From: Candidatus Heimdallarchaeota archaeon
Lineage (GTDB): Archaea; Asgardarchaeota; Heimdallarchaeia; Heimdallarchaeales; Heimdallarchaeaceae
DNA length: 64,000 bases
Assembly (NCBI GenBank): GCA_018238545.1
Contig: JABCTC010000007.1
Span: 1-64,000 of the forward strand
Direction of reading: 5' to 3'
Position 1 is the first letter of the stretch, and each line of letters begins with the position of its first letter. Below are positions 48,191 through 58,430 of the stretch, one piece after another. The notes under the pieces were generated by a model that was not told the DNA's origin, searched no databases, and was given only the letters and a program-made list of their open reading frames with translations. The position numbers and the translations under genes were made by a program.

Positions 48191-49999
48191 TTATTTCTTG
48201 TATTTTCTAAATCCAACTACTGCTGCTAGTCCTAAGAATGATAGGAACACTAAACCTGCGATACCTGCTGCTGGAGGAATTTCCACTTCAACAACGTATC
48301 CTGCGGCTTCGATGTAGTCAATTGCCATATCTAAATCATATGCGTAAGGTTCTAGATCTTTGTTGAATCCTACTACTGAATCTGGACATGGAATAACACC
48401 AGGTGCGCCTAATCCCTCTAGAATTTCGTTTACAATTGTATCACGAGGAACTGCATGACTAATAGCTTTTCTAATGCCTTTTGCTGCGGCAACTGTACCT
48501 ACTGGAGTTAATTCTCCGGTTCCCATTATAGGATGTTTGAGGTTTACAGCCATTTCTTGATGAGATGGATCTTTAACTAGAACTCCTTCAACACCAGTTA
48601 CGCCTACAAAGTCGGCTAATACTGGGAAGTATTGAGCATCCATAATATCAACAGTACCTGCGATCAATTCGGCAACTGCGCTGTCTTTACCAGCTACAAA
48701 GGTTAGATACCAATCAGTTAAGAGAGGGGCAGTTCCAACATAATGATCGTTGGGTTTCATGTGTATGACGCTATTTACTGAATCATATGCAAATAACTTG
48801 AAAGGTCCACAAGATGTAACTAAATCGGCACCAACATCACCAGTTAATGGTACTTCATTGAAGATATCGTAACCATGGTCTACAATAGCTTGTGCAACAA
48901 CAGTTTTTTCAATTATACCAAATGTTAGCAAAGCTTTTGCAAAGTTGAATACTGCTGTTAATTCGAAGCGCAATTCACCACCTGCTACGTCTGGACCAAC
49001 AATTGATATAGAGTTGTTGGTTTCAAACCATTTGGTTAGGTAACCATAACTTGAGGAACCTACTCCAGGTGTCATGTGCAATTCATAACTGTATTTAACA
49101 TCAGATGGTAACACTGGATCACCATTGCTGAATTTTGCATCAGGATCTAAGAACACTGTCATGTTAATTTTGTCAATATCATCAATAGGATCATATAGTA
49201 CATCTGAAATTGTTGAGTTTAGAGCAATTTCTTCAGTGTATTCTGCTGTGACTTGTGCTCTCTTATAGAGAGATCCATAAACAGTTTGCATCCATTGCAT
49301 GTCATAGAATGATTCTGCGACATAGATATTTGGTTCTTTTAGATCTGCTGGTACGGCATATTTGATGATATGATCTACTGGATCGTCCCAGTTTTCTGCT
49401 CTGTGATTAGAACTTGCAATCAATAATCCGTCAATTCCAACTAATCCTTCTTTGAAACCAAAGAGTGATCTTGGATAGACTAGACAAATTGCTGGCAAAT
49501 CTTCATAGAGAATATCTTGAAGCTCGTGTGCATAACCAGTTCTAGTTGTATCATCAAGTTCTGTTAGATACTGATCTAATTTTGCATCATATACAGGATT
49601 GATGTATTGATAGAAGTTATCACCGTTTGGAATTAAACTTGCGGTGTCATACAAACCGGTTGGGTCCCAATCAAGTCCCCAGCTCCATCCTACAAAGAAG
49701 AGGTCGTAACCACCCTCTGAATAGGTTGGAATGTAATCAAAATCAAGTAGTGGATAACTCCATGTACGGGGGGCAATGTTTCCCCATCCAGTTGATTCAT
49801 GGAAGTTTATGCCAATACCAATCTGTGGTAACTGTTGTTCCATCAACAGTGACCATTGATTACGGGCTGCGCTTGTGTTGGGTGAAAGTAAGTTAACTGA
49901 AAAAGCGATTTGTATTTCTGTTTCTTGTGCTTGTGCAAGGTATGTACTCATACTGAACAAGACTATTAGGGTTAAACCCAATAATGCTTTTTTCTTCAT
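48191..49999 (-). CDS. ABC transporter substrate-binding protein, family 5 (peptide/nickel), C-terminally anchored
   Basis: Signal peptide, KFSNGDPV..DVKYS, GPFK, IRKAISHAV, C-terminal TM. Confidence 0.88.
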   Translation of the reverse strand: MKKKALLGLTLIVLFSMSTYLAQAQETEIQIAFSVNLLSPNTSAARNQWSLLMEQQLPQIGIGINFHESTGWGNIAPRTWSYPLLDFDYIPTYSEGGYDLFFVGWSWGLDWDPTGLYDTASLIPNGDNFYQYINPVYDAKLDQYLTELDDTTRTGYAHELQDILYEDLPAICLVYPRSLFGFKEGLVGIDGLLIASSNHRAENWDDPVDHIIKYAVPADLKEPNIYVAESFYDMQWMQTVYGSLYKRAQVTAEYTEEIALNSTISDVLYDPIDDIDKINMTVFLDPDAKFSNGDPVLPSDVKYSYELHMTPGVGSSSYGYLTKWFETNNSISIVGPDVAGGELRFELTAVFNFAKALLTFGIIEKTVVAQAIVDHGYDIFNEVPLTGDVGADLVTSCGPFKLFAYDSVNSVIHMKPNDHYVGTAPLLTDWYLTFVAGKDSAVAELIAGTVDIMDAQYFPVLADFVGVTGVEGVLVKDPSHQEMAVNLKHPIMGTGELTPVGTVAAAKGIRKAISHAVPRDTIVNEILEGLGAPGVIPCPDSVVGFNKDLEPYAYDLDMAIDYIEAAGYVVEVEIPPAAGIAGLVFLSFLGLAAVVGFRKYKK

Positions 50000-50204
50000 A
50001 TTTTTTTCACCTATAAATTTCCCACTAAAAAGTAAACTTTACAGTGGAAGCATTTCCAAAGTGTTAATACAGCTTAATAAAGGTTTTGCGTTTCCATTTC
50101 AATAGTTGGAATCGATTTTGTATTATATAAGAGAGGTTTGTACTAATCTGTAATGCGGGTGGTTTAAACGTGGATTTACTTCTTGAAATAATTTAAAGAG
50201 AGTT

Positions 50205-50678
50205 TTATCCGAAGTACTCAATAAGCTTCAAAATTTGTATCAGTACCATAAGATAAACTAGGAGCAAAGATGCAGCAATATAGTACGTAAAAGAATTGAA
50301 TGTTGCTTCTCGGAAACTGTCTTTACTCATCGGTGCAGATTTGAAAAGTCTAGCTTTCAAATTTGTAATAGCAATTGATTGCCCGAAATTACCTACACAA
50401 GCTCCAAGAAATACAACGAAACCTACTTCACCAAAGAACAAATATTGCGAAATATCTTGTATTGTTAAGAGGTCATCAAAACCTAAACCATAAATAATTA
50501 TTATCATTATAATGATATTAATAACTGTAAAAATTATCGATGTAATAAATCCCAATAATGTAATGCGTATCCAATTTACCTTTACTCTTTCTTCTTTTTC
50601 CTCAGCTTTTTTTTCATTGTTATTGGCATTTGTGCTCTTTTTTCTTGTTTTTCCCACTTTTTTACTTATTGAGCCCAT
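50205..50678 (-). CDS. Three-TM membrane protein
   Basis: Hydrophobic helices; overlaps the ABC ATPase stop. Confidence 0.65.
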   Translation of the reverse strand: MGSISKKVGKTRKKSTNANNNEKKAEEKEERVKVNWIRITLLGFITSIIFTVINIIIMIIIIYGLGFDDLLTIQDISQYLFFGEVGFVVFLGACVGNFGQSIAITNLKARLFKSAPMSKDSFREATFNSFTYYIAASLLLVYLMVLIQILKLIEYFG

Positions 50679-51699
50679 TATTGTCCCCTTTGTCAGTTAT
50701 TGGTGCTCCGCAATTTGAACAGAACTTTATTCCATTCTTAACTTGATTCCCACACATTGTGCATGTTATTACGCTTTTAATATTATTGGGCGTGAAATCT
50801 GTTTGATGTATGGGGTGCAGGATTATTTTACCATTTTCCATTTCTATTGAAAAATGTTTAGGGTTATCCATTTCTTGTAAAATAGTTTTGGGGAGAACTA
50901 TGCGACTTTGTCGATCAATTTCTAATAACCTGCTATCTTCTAGCTTTCTGAGACTTATTTCACTTCCATGCTGACCAATTATTACACCATCTCTCAGTTC
51001 AAGGATTCTATCAGCTCTAGCTGCAACTTGCTGTGAATGTGTTACAATACAGATAGCTATTCCAAGTTCTTCGTTGATTCTGTCAAATAAGTCTAAAATG
51101 CTTTCTGCAGTTTCCACATCTAAATCGCCTGTAGGCTCATCTCCTATCAATATTTTGGGATTGGTTATAAGGGTCGTAGCTATGGCAGCTCTCTTCTTTT
51201 CTCCTCCAGAAAGCGTGTCTTCTCGTTTCATTCTTTTATCCCAAATTCCAAGAAATTTTAGTAGAAATTCAGCTCTTTGTTTCACAACCTTTGGTTGTAC
51301 TTTCGCATAATAACCTGCTAACTCTATGTTCTCTTTTACTGTTAGATGAGATAATAGCTTACTGTCTTGAAAAATAACTCCTGCAAATCTTCTTCTTGCC
51401 TTTATTATTTCTTCATAGGTAGATCTTGTAATATCTTTTGAAAGCTCTTTCCAAAACACTTTGCCTGATGTGGGTTTAGTAATTCCTGCTACTACATTTA
51501 CTAGAGTAGTTTTTCCAGATCCACTTGGACCAATTAGAAATAATTTTTCTTGAGGCTTTACTTTGAAAGAAACACCTCTTAATGCCTGTGTTTCTATTTT
51601 TCCAGTTTGGTAAATCTTGATTATATCTTCAGCAACTAATAGTGGTTCTGTATCACTGATTGCTTCAGTTCCATGGGTTGGAGAGCTAATAGTTGCCAT
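50662..51699 (-). CDS. LolD/MacB-type ABC ATPase with C-terminal AbrB-like and zinc-ribbon domains
   Basis: GPSGSGKTT, LSGGE, DEPTGDLD, VTH; IDRQSRIVLPK; CTMC...FCSNCG. Confidence 0.88.
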   Translation of the reverse strand: MATISSPTHGTEAISDTEPLLVAEDIIKIYQTGKIETQALRGVSFKVKPQEKLFLIGPSGSGKTTLVNVVAGITKPTSGKVFWKELSKDITRSTYEEIIKARRRFAGVIFQDSKLLSHLTVKENIELAGYYAKVQPKVVKQRAEFLLKFLGIWDKRMKREDTLSGGEKKRAAIATTLITNPKILIGDEPTGDLDVETAESILDLFDRINEELGIAICIVTHSQQVAARADRILELRDGVIIGQHGSEISLRKLEDSRLLEIDRQSRIVLPKTILQEMDNPKHFSIEMENGKIILHPIHQTDFTPNNIKSVITCTMCGNQVKNGIKFCSNCGAPITDKGDNNGLNK

Positions 51700-51798
51700 T
51701 GTTGTAAATCTCCTCTCTTATACACTAATAAAATTGTTTATTGATAAAAATCCGTTCAAAATAGAAAAGGATAAAGAAAAGAAGGTGTATTTCTTTAT

Positions 51799-52884
51799 TT
51801 AAGTAGGTGTTTCATCAATATGATTCTCATATTCGTCGTTGTCGCTTTTTTCTTGAAAGTCTAGCACCGGAGTTTTTCTAGCTTCAATGGCGCCACCAAT
51901 CTTGCGAACTATGTAACCTCTATTCGCCCATATTTTGTCAATGTTTCCTATTAGTAAAAATATTGCGTATATAACTAAAAATGGTATCAAATAAATCAAC
52001 CATGTTGAAAATGCAACAGCTATTGGATGATATTGTCCTTGCTCATTTGCAAATTCAAAACCATATATTAGGAAGTTATTGGATTTTCTATCCACAAAGA
52101 GAGAGAACAGGATATATCTAAAACTCAAAGTAATATTGCCAGTCATTAAAGACATAGCTGTCCCAGTAATGAGGCTAGCAATAAAAGATATAAGTAGGAA
52201 CGATTTAGCGCTTGGTATGTGTTTTTTCTTTTTCTTAACAAGTTTGAACATAATGAAGTTGTATGTTCCAGAAACAACTGCACCAAGTACTATGGGCATT
52301 AGGACAATCCAAATGTACGTATTTGTCCACTTTGGATTAGCTTGATTAATTAGTTGAGATCCCCAGATATCATCCATACTGTAAAATCTGTGTGATTGTG
52401 CAAAATCTAACTCATCAACTGGAAAGGCACCATTTCTGAAAAAACCACTATCTGCAAATAAGAATAATGATGAACCTAGAATTAAAGCCACCATTGGTGC
52501 GAAAAACCAAACCAGTATTGGTTTTGCAATGATTCTTAAACTCGGATCTTGACCACCATTTAATCCATAAGTAAGAAAAACACTCATCCAGTAACTAGGT
52601 CCTTCCCAAAAAGTGTGTGTTGGGCCTCTTAATGAATTTGTGATTCCCATAATTAATATACTAATAAGCCAAGTTGAGAAAAGATAGATGCCCATTGGAG
52701 AATGAAACTTTTTCCATAACCATTTCCCAAGCACGACAAACCAATCCCCCCATACGCCAAAAAAGGTTCTTGGACCCATTTCTATTGAATCTACATTTAC
52801 CTCTTCTGATTCAGTTTTTTCTGCTTGCATATTAATAGCCACGTTGCATATTTTCTTAGACATTTTAAACCTTTTCTCTTCCAA
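51799..52884 (-). CDS. Multi-TM membrane protein, unknown function
   Basis: About five hydrophobic helices. Confidence 0.7.
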   Translation of the reverse strand: MEEKRFKMSKKICNVAINMQAEKTESEEVNVDSIEMGPRTFFGVWGDWFVVLGKWLWKKFHSPMGIYLFSTWLISILIMGITNSLRGPTHTFWEGPSYWMSVFLTYGLNGGQDPSLRIIAKPILVWFFAPMVALILGSSLFLFADSGFFRNGAFPVDELDFAQSHRFYSMDDIWGSQLINQANPKWTNTYIWIVLMPIVLGAVVSGTYNFIMFKLVKKKKKHIPSAKSFLLISFIASLITGTAMSLMTGNITLSFRYILFSLFVDRKSNNFLIYGFEFANEQGQYHPIAVAFSTWLIYLIPFLVIYAIFLLIGNIDKIWANRGYIVRKIGGAIEARKTPVLDFQEKSDNDEYENHIDETPT

Positions 52885-52966
52885 TTAGGTTTACGTTAAA
52901 AAAAATGATTCAACTAAAATCATTTAAATGTGTTAACTTTTGATTTTTTAACGCTTGAGGATTAAA

Positions 52967-54400
52967 ATGAATGCAGATAAGATATTGAACTTAGTCAGCG
53001 CTGGTATAGATGTTGGAACAACTACTTCACATTTGATTTTTTCTAAACTCAAACTTGAAAAAATATATACTCCAAGAGGAGTAAAATTTGAGGTTACTAA
53101 GAGAGAGATACTATACAGAGGCAACATTTTACTCACTCCTTTAATAGATGGACAAACTATTGATTATCTCAAACTTGTTGAATTTATCAAATCTGAATAT
53201 GAACTTGCAAATATGTCAATTGATGATATTGATACTGGAGCAGTCATAATTACAGGGGAAAGTGCTAAGAAAGAAAATGCAGAAGACCTAGTGAAGGCTC
53301 TTGCATACAAAGCAGGTAAATTTGTTTGTGCAGCTGCAGGCCCCAATTTTGAATCAGTAATAGCCGCAATGGGCTCTGGTGCATCTCAATATTCTAAAGA
53401 CACAAAGAAAACTGTGATGAACATAGATATTGGTGGTGGTACAAGTAATATCGCTATCGTAAAAGATGGTGAAATCATTGATGCTGCTTGTGTCAATGTT
53501 GGTGGAAGATTACTAGCTTTTGATAAAGAAGACAAAATTGTAAGAATTGAAGACCCTATTAGAAATTTGGAAGGCAAAATAGGAATTAAATTCGATTATG
53601 GAGCCCATATAACAATTGATCAGAAAAGGAAATTGGCTAGAATTCTAGCTGAAAGTCTCTTTGAAACATTGGATAGGAATTTACAAACACAAATCGCTAA
53701 AAATCTACTTATGACAAATCCATTGGAATATGATGGAACTATTGATGAATTCATGTTTTCTGGTGGTGTAGCTGAGTATATTTACGAGCAAACTGATGAA
53801 TATTTTGGCGATTTGGGTAAATATTTGGGTGAAGAAGTTATAGACATTATCAAGGAAAAGAATATCAGCATCCACAAACCAACAGAACTAATTCGCGCAA
53901 CTGTAATTGGTGCCGGTCAATATACTCTTCAAGTATCAGGTGTTACTACTCATATCTCAGATATCGACATTTTGCCAATTCATAACATCCCCGTTCTTGA
54001 ACCCAAGATTGACAACAAACAGATAACTGAGGAAAGTGTGAAATTAGCCATTCAAAAGAGTCTTAATATGTTTGATGTAAAGGAAGGGGAAGAGACGGTT
54101 GCATTATCCTTCAAGGGTGCTATTGGTGGTTCATATGCGGGACTTACTACTTTTGCTAAGGGCGTAGTAAGTGCATTACCAAATACAATTAGAAAAGAAA
54201 AACCTGTTATCTTAGTTTTTAACAATGACATAGGAAATTCTGTTGGAAACGTAATGAAAAGAGAAACATCTGCAAAAAAGAACATTATTTCTATTGATGA
54301 AATAATTATCCAAGAAGGAGATTTTATTGATATTGATAAACCAAAAGCAGGCGGACAAGTAGTTCCAGTAGTAGTGAAATCCTTAGTTTTTTCAGCTTAG
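52967..54400 (+). CDS. eutA: EutA-like reactivating factor (ASKHA ATPase)
   Basis: SAGIDVGTTTS, DTGAVIITGESAKKENA, AGPNFES, DIGGGT, IRATVIGAG, VPVVVKSLVF. Confidence 0.92.
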   Translation: MNADKILNLVSAGIDVGTTTSHLIFSKLKLEKIYTPRGVKFEVTKREILYRGNILLTPLIDGQTIDYLKLVEFIKSEYELANMSIDDIDTGAVIITGESAKKENAEDLVKALAYKAGKFVCAAAGPNFESVIAAMGSGASQYSKDTKKTVMNIDIGGGTSNIAIVKDGEIIDAACVNVGGRLLAFDKEDKIVRIEDPIRNLEGKIGIKFDYGAHITIDQKRKLARILAESLFETLDRNLQTQIAKNLLMTNPLEYDGTIDEFMFSGGVAEYIYEQTDEYFGDLGKYLGEEVIDIIKEKNISIHKPTELIRATVIGAGQYTLQVSGVTTHISDIDILPIHNIPVLEPKIDNKQITEESVKLAIQKSLNMFDVKEGEETVALSFKGAIGGSYAGLTTFAKGVVSALPNTIRKEKPVILVFNNDIGNSVGNVMKRETSAKKNIISIDEIIIQEGDFIDIDKPKAGGQVVPVVVKSLVFSA

Positions 54401-54413
54401 AAAAATGTGGTTG

Positions 54414-56021
54414 TTACCACCCTACTACTATTCCATCTGCCCGAGGGCTTGTACCACCACAGAGAACACCACTATTTGGGTCTCTATTTATTATCTGACC
54501 TCGCCCAAATATCATTCTTGCATATCCTGCGGTCGGTACAACTGAGTGCCCCATTTGACTTAATCTACTCATGACTGCAATATCTATCCCTTCTTCTAAA
54601 GCAACATCTCCCTTGCTGGTTCCATCTCTTATAGTAAATCTAGGTGCATTAAGAGCTTGCTGGGGGTTCATGCCAAAATCAATCATGTTTACCATAACTT
54701 GTGCATGTCCTTGAGGTTGATTAAATCCTCCCATTACACCGAAACTAGAAAAGAGTTCACCATCCTTTGTGGCCATTCCCGGAATAATTGTATGGTAAGG
54801 TCTTTTATTTGGAGCTAATACATTTGGATGATCATGTTGAAGTGAAAAGTTTGTTCCTCGATTTTGCAAGGTAAAACCACAACCTTTTGGAATTAGTCCT
54901 GTACCAAACCCCATATAATTAGAATTAATGAAGCTGCATGCATTCCCTTCTCTATCTACTATGGAAAAGTAAACTGTATCGGAACTTGAAACAGGTGATC
55001 CTTTTTCAACTTCGATAGATGCTTTAGTTGGATCAAATAGTTCTCTTCTTGATTTAGCATATTGTTTTGATAATAACTCATTAATGGGAACATGGACAAC
55101 ATCAGGGTCGGCTACGTACCATCTAGTATCTGAAAAAGCAATACGCATCGATTCAATCATTGTATGCAAATGTTCAACAGATGAATGTTTCATATCGCCA
55201 ATATCAAACCCTTCGAGCACATTGAGAGCCATCAATGCGGTAATTCCTTGTCCATTTGGTGGTATTTCATATATGTCAACACCTCGATAGTTAATAGTAA
55301 TAGGTTCATCGAAAGTGTTTTTGTGATTTTTCAAGTCATCTAAAGTCATAAACCCTTCAAAGGATTTGATTAATTCAATAATCGACTCTGCAATTCGTCC
55401 TTCATAAAAACCACTTTTTCCATGTTCTATTAGCTCTTGGAATGTATTAGCTAATGTTGGGTTTTTAATTATTTCCCCCTCTTTAGGTGCCTCTCCATTA
55501 AGTAGCATCTCATCAGCATTTGGACCTAATCGTAATTGTTTTACACCTCTTTGCCAAGATCTTGCGGTTAAAGGCGAGACAGGAAACCCCTTTCTTGCTA
55601 ATTCTATTGCTGGAGATAATATGTCCTTTAAAGACATGCAACCGAATCTCTCGACAGCATCTACCCAACCTGCTGCCGCACCAGGAACAGTAATTGTGTG
55701 AATACTGAGTGGTGGAAGATTGTCTAGTATGTTTAAATTGTTGAGTTTATCTAAATTTAATTCTGCGGGAGCTCTGCCACTTGCATTTAAACCGAATACT
55801 TTCTTTTTCTGATTATCATAAAATAAGCAGAAACAATCTCCACCTATTCCAGTAGATGTTGGTTCTGTTAGATTCAACGTTGCTGCTACAGCAACAGCAG
55901 CATCTGCTGCATTCCCTCCTTTTCGTAAAATGCGTAACCCTATCTCTGAAGCAAGAGGTTGACTTGATGCTACCATCCCGTTTCTTGAGTAAACTGGAGA
56001 CCTATAAGAATTGAATTTCAT
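54414..56021 (-). CDS. ggt: Gamma-glutamyltransferase
   Basis: GGNAADAA, TGIGGD, PPNGQG, DTVY autocleavage site, QNRG, RPYHTIIP, GVMGG. Confidence 0.94.
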   Translation of the reverse strand: MKFNSYRSPVYSRNGMVASSQPLASEIGLRILRKGGNAADAAVAVAATLNLTEPTSTGIGGDCFCLFYDNQKKKVFGLNASGRAPAELNLDKLNNLNILDNLPPLSIHTITVPGAAAGWVDAVERFGCMSLKDILSPAIELARKGFPVSPLTARSWQRGVKQLRLGPNADEMLLNGEAPKEGEIIKNPTLANTFQELIEHGKSGFYEGRIAESIIELIKSFEGFMTLDDLKNHKNTFDEPITINYRGVDIYEIPPNGQGITALMALNVLEGFDIGDMKHSSVEHLHTMIESMRIAFSDTRWYVADPDVVHVPINELLSKQYAKSRRELFDPTKASIEVEKGSPVSSSDTVYFSIVDREGNACSFINSNYMGFGTGLIPKGCGFTLQNRGTNFSLQHDHPNVLAPNKRPYHTIIPGMATKDGELFSSFGVMGGFNQPQGHAQVMVNMIDFGMNPQQALNAPRFTIRDGTSKGDVALEEGIDIAVMSRLSQMGHSVVPTAGYARMIFGRGQIINRDPNSGVLCGGTSPRADGIVVGW

Positions 56022-56079
56022 AGTTGAGCTAAAATTAGGTTAAAAATAAATCTGTCGGTTTTATGTTTACTTTTACTTA

Positions 56080-56766
56080 TCAGTTCCTATAAATCCTATG
56101 TCCACAATACGAGCAATACTCTTCAACATCAACAACTTTGTTTTTACAATTGGGACAAAACCATCCTTTGGCTTTTGAGGTTTTCTCAATTTGTAGTTTT
56201 TTAGTTTTGGTGATTAAGCCAGTTGAATATTCATTTTTGGATTGCCTTCTCTTTATTAACAAGATAACCGCTAAAGCTGCAATACCAATTGTAAAAATAA
56301 TGCCAAAGCTAATTAATGTGATAATTGTTGGAGTACCCTCAAATGTTCCCGATTCTATAGGTGTATCTTGAACAATTATTTCAACATCTACTGAATAGGG
56401 GCTATCTCTATTATCTAGGATAATATAGTAGTGCTGACCATGATCAACAGAAAAGGCGACTGAATCTTGTTCCGCATTTATTCTTTCAATAACAGATTCT
56501 GAGCTAAAACCGTCGCTCCAGTTTAGATAATTATAACTGTCAAATACGCGTAGTGATATGTCAGATCCGCGTAGTGATATGTCAGATCCATTGATAACTA
56601 GAAAAGAGATATAAACAGTAGACCCATCATAGGCCGTTATAACCCATCCATTTGAATCATAAGCACTAACTGCACGAGTTTCATCAACCCAAATAGTTCC
56701 AAGGACTGACTCTGAAGTAAGAAAAACAAGTGCTACTATTATGAATATAACAGGTTTTCTTTTCAT
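56080..56766 (-). CDS. Single-pass membrane protein: extracellular beta-sandwich (GOLD-like) plus cytoplasmic zinc ribbon
   Basis: Signal peptide, YYIILDN strand, TM, CPNC...YCSYCG; 21-bp tandem duplication at 56547-56588. Confidence 0.65.
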   Translation of the reverse strand: MKRKPVIFIIVALVFLTSESVLGTIWVDETRAVSAYDSNGWVITAYDGSTVYISFLVINGSDISLRGSDISLRVFDSYNYLNWSDGFSSESVIERINAEQDSVAFSVDHGQHYYIILDNRDSPYSVDVEIIVQDTPIESGTFEGTPTIITLISFGIIFTIGIAALAVILLIKRRQSKNEYSTGLITKTKKLQIEKTSKAKGWFCPNCKNKVVDVEEYCSYCGHRIYRN

Positions 56767-56892
56767 CTTATGCCTCTTCTAGTTGTCCTCTGTTGATCAA
56801 TTATTATAGTTTCTTTCTTAAATATGTTCTCAAATGAATAGTATATAGTTAAATAAATGTGATATCTGTTCTATCTAACTCGATGTGATTTT

Positions 56893-57792
56893 ATGGAACC
56901 AACTGGAAAAAAGGAAATTCTTAGTCATTTACCTGATCGACCCAAATACATACTTAAATTATATTTACTTCAAGTAATTCTAATTGCCTTGTTTACATTA
57001 ACTATTTTATTTATTTTAGATATTCTTCCAATTTTATTACCAACCGTTGAATGGCTTGCAGTTTTGGAACCCTACCTCCCACCCATAGGTTCAATGTTAA
57101 TGATAACTGGGGGGCTAAGTATTGTTCATGTAGTATGGAGAAAAAGAGACAAATTCATTTCTCAGGATAAGAAAAGAGCCTTCCAAAAATCTGTAAAATA
57201 TACATTCACAGGTATTCCAGTAGCTATGGCCGGAATCATTCATATGTTTCTACCTGTTGGTTGGCTAGCTGAAAAGATTTTTTCAATTACTGTTTTTAGA
57301 AACCCTCTAACTGATTTTTTTCAAATACCTATAGGACAACTAGCTGCAGCTGCTGCTGGAAACTCTAATTATAATGACACAATTCCTAGAATCGTTTTCA
57401 GTGTGCTGTTTTTGATAATGGCTTTATTGACTATGTTTAGAACAATTTTCGCATTTGGAATAGATAATGCAGCAATGCTTTATGTTTATTATCCAGAAGA
57501 ATCGAAAATAGTGAACCACAAAATTTACTCAATCATTAGACACCCATTATATGTGAGTGTATATTTTCTTATGATTAGCGCTTTAATTAGTGTTTTTTCA
57601 ATATATTCGGTGATTATAACCGTTATTTTTGTTCTTTGTTTCAGTTATCATATCTATTGCATAGAGGAGAAAGAGTTGATAGAACGATTCGGAGACGGTT
57701 TTAAGGAATATAGAAAAGAAGTACCAGCTCTAGTTATACATCCAAAGAATTGGGGAAAATTCTTTAAATTTTTAATAGGTAAAGAGATCTAA
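56893..57792 (+). CDS. ICMT/PEMT-family membrane methyltransferase
   Basis: IYSIIRHPLY, EEKELIERFG...YRKEVP. Confidence 0.85.
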   Translation: MEPTGKKEILSHLPDRPKYILKLYLLQVILIALFTLTILFILDILPILLPTVEWLAVLEPYLPPIGSMLMITGGLSIVHVVWRKRDKFISQDKKRAFQKSVKYTFTGIPVAMAGIIHMFLPVGWLAEKIFSITVFRNPLTDFFQIPIGQLAAAAAGNSNYNDTIPRIVFSVLFLIMALLTMFRTIFAFGIDNAAMLYVYYPEESKIVNHKIYSIIRHPLYVSVYFLMISALISVFSIYSVIITVIFVLCFSYHIYCIEEKELIERFGDGFKEYRKEVPALVIHPKNWGKFFKFLIGKEI

Positions 57793-57985
57793 TAGAAGCT
57801 TATACTCCTCAATCTCTTTGTTTTTTCTGTAGTTTAGAAGAAAGTGCAATTTTTTAAAGCAAAACAAAACCTTCATTTTTTGATTACTATACCTATTTAA
57901 GTGACTATTCTAATAAGGAGACCTATACTAGAAGAGATGTTCCAATAAGGTAGTATGATTATTTATATTGTGTTTATTTTTTGAA

Positions 57986-58315
57986 TTAATTACAATATAA
58001 GAAGACAATCCTATATAGTTCTAAAATAAGTTGATCTAATCTTATCCAATTTAATCCTGTTACTCCCTCATCCAGTATACATGCTATTTCGTGAACTTCA
58101 GAATTGGTATCTATACCTTTAATTTCAAGCTGTCCCAATAAAGTGTGCAACAAGTTTCTAATTTTACAAACATGTTTTTTCTTACCTTCTTTGATTTCTT
58201 GTAGTTCATCAAATAATTTTCCTAAAGTAATCAATTCAGTTTCTAGATTTTCGGGCATTTTGTTAATTTCAATCCTTCTTATTGGTTTCTCCAATCTTTT
58301 TATAATCGATAACAT
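57986..58315 (-). CDS. Hypothetical helical protein divergent from the TetR gene
   Basis: 109-aa ORF with GGAGA SD. Confidence 0.6.
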   Translation of the reverse strand: MLSIIKRLEKPIRRIEINKMPENLETELITLGKLFDELQEIKEGKKKHVCKIRNLLHTLLGQLEIKGIDTNSEVHEIACILDEGVTGLNWIRLDQLILELYRIVFLYCN

Positions 58316-58329
58316 AGATATCTCCTGAC

Positions 58330-58394
58330 TGAACGCTGTTCATTTATCCTTTCTCTCTGTCTTTTTAAACTTTATTAAATGAACGCTGTTCATT
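58330..58394. promoter_or_regulatory. Two palindromic operators TGAAC-GCT-GTTCA (58330-58342, 58380-58392), probable TetR sites
   Basis: Identical 13-mers in the divergent intergenic region; the second extends to AATGAAC-N3-GTTCATT. Confidence 0.75.
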
Positions 58395-58430
58395 AATAAC
58401 CCTTATTTACTCATTTATCCTTTTTCAATC

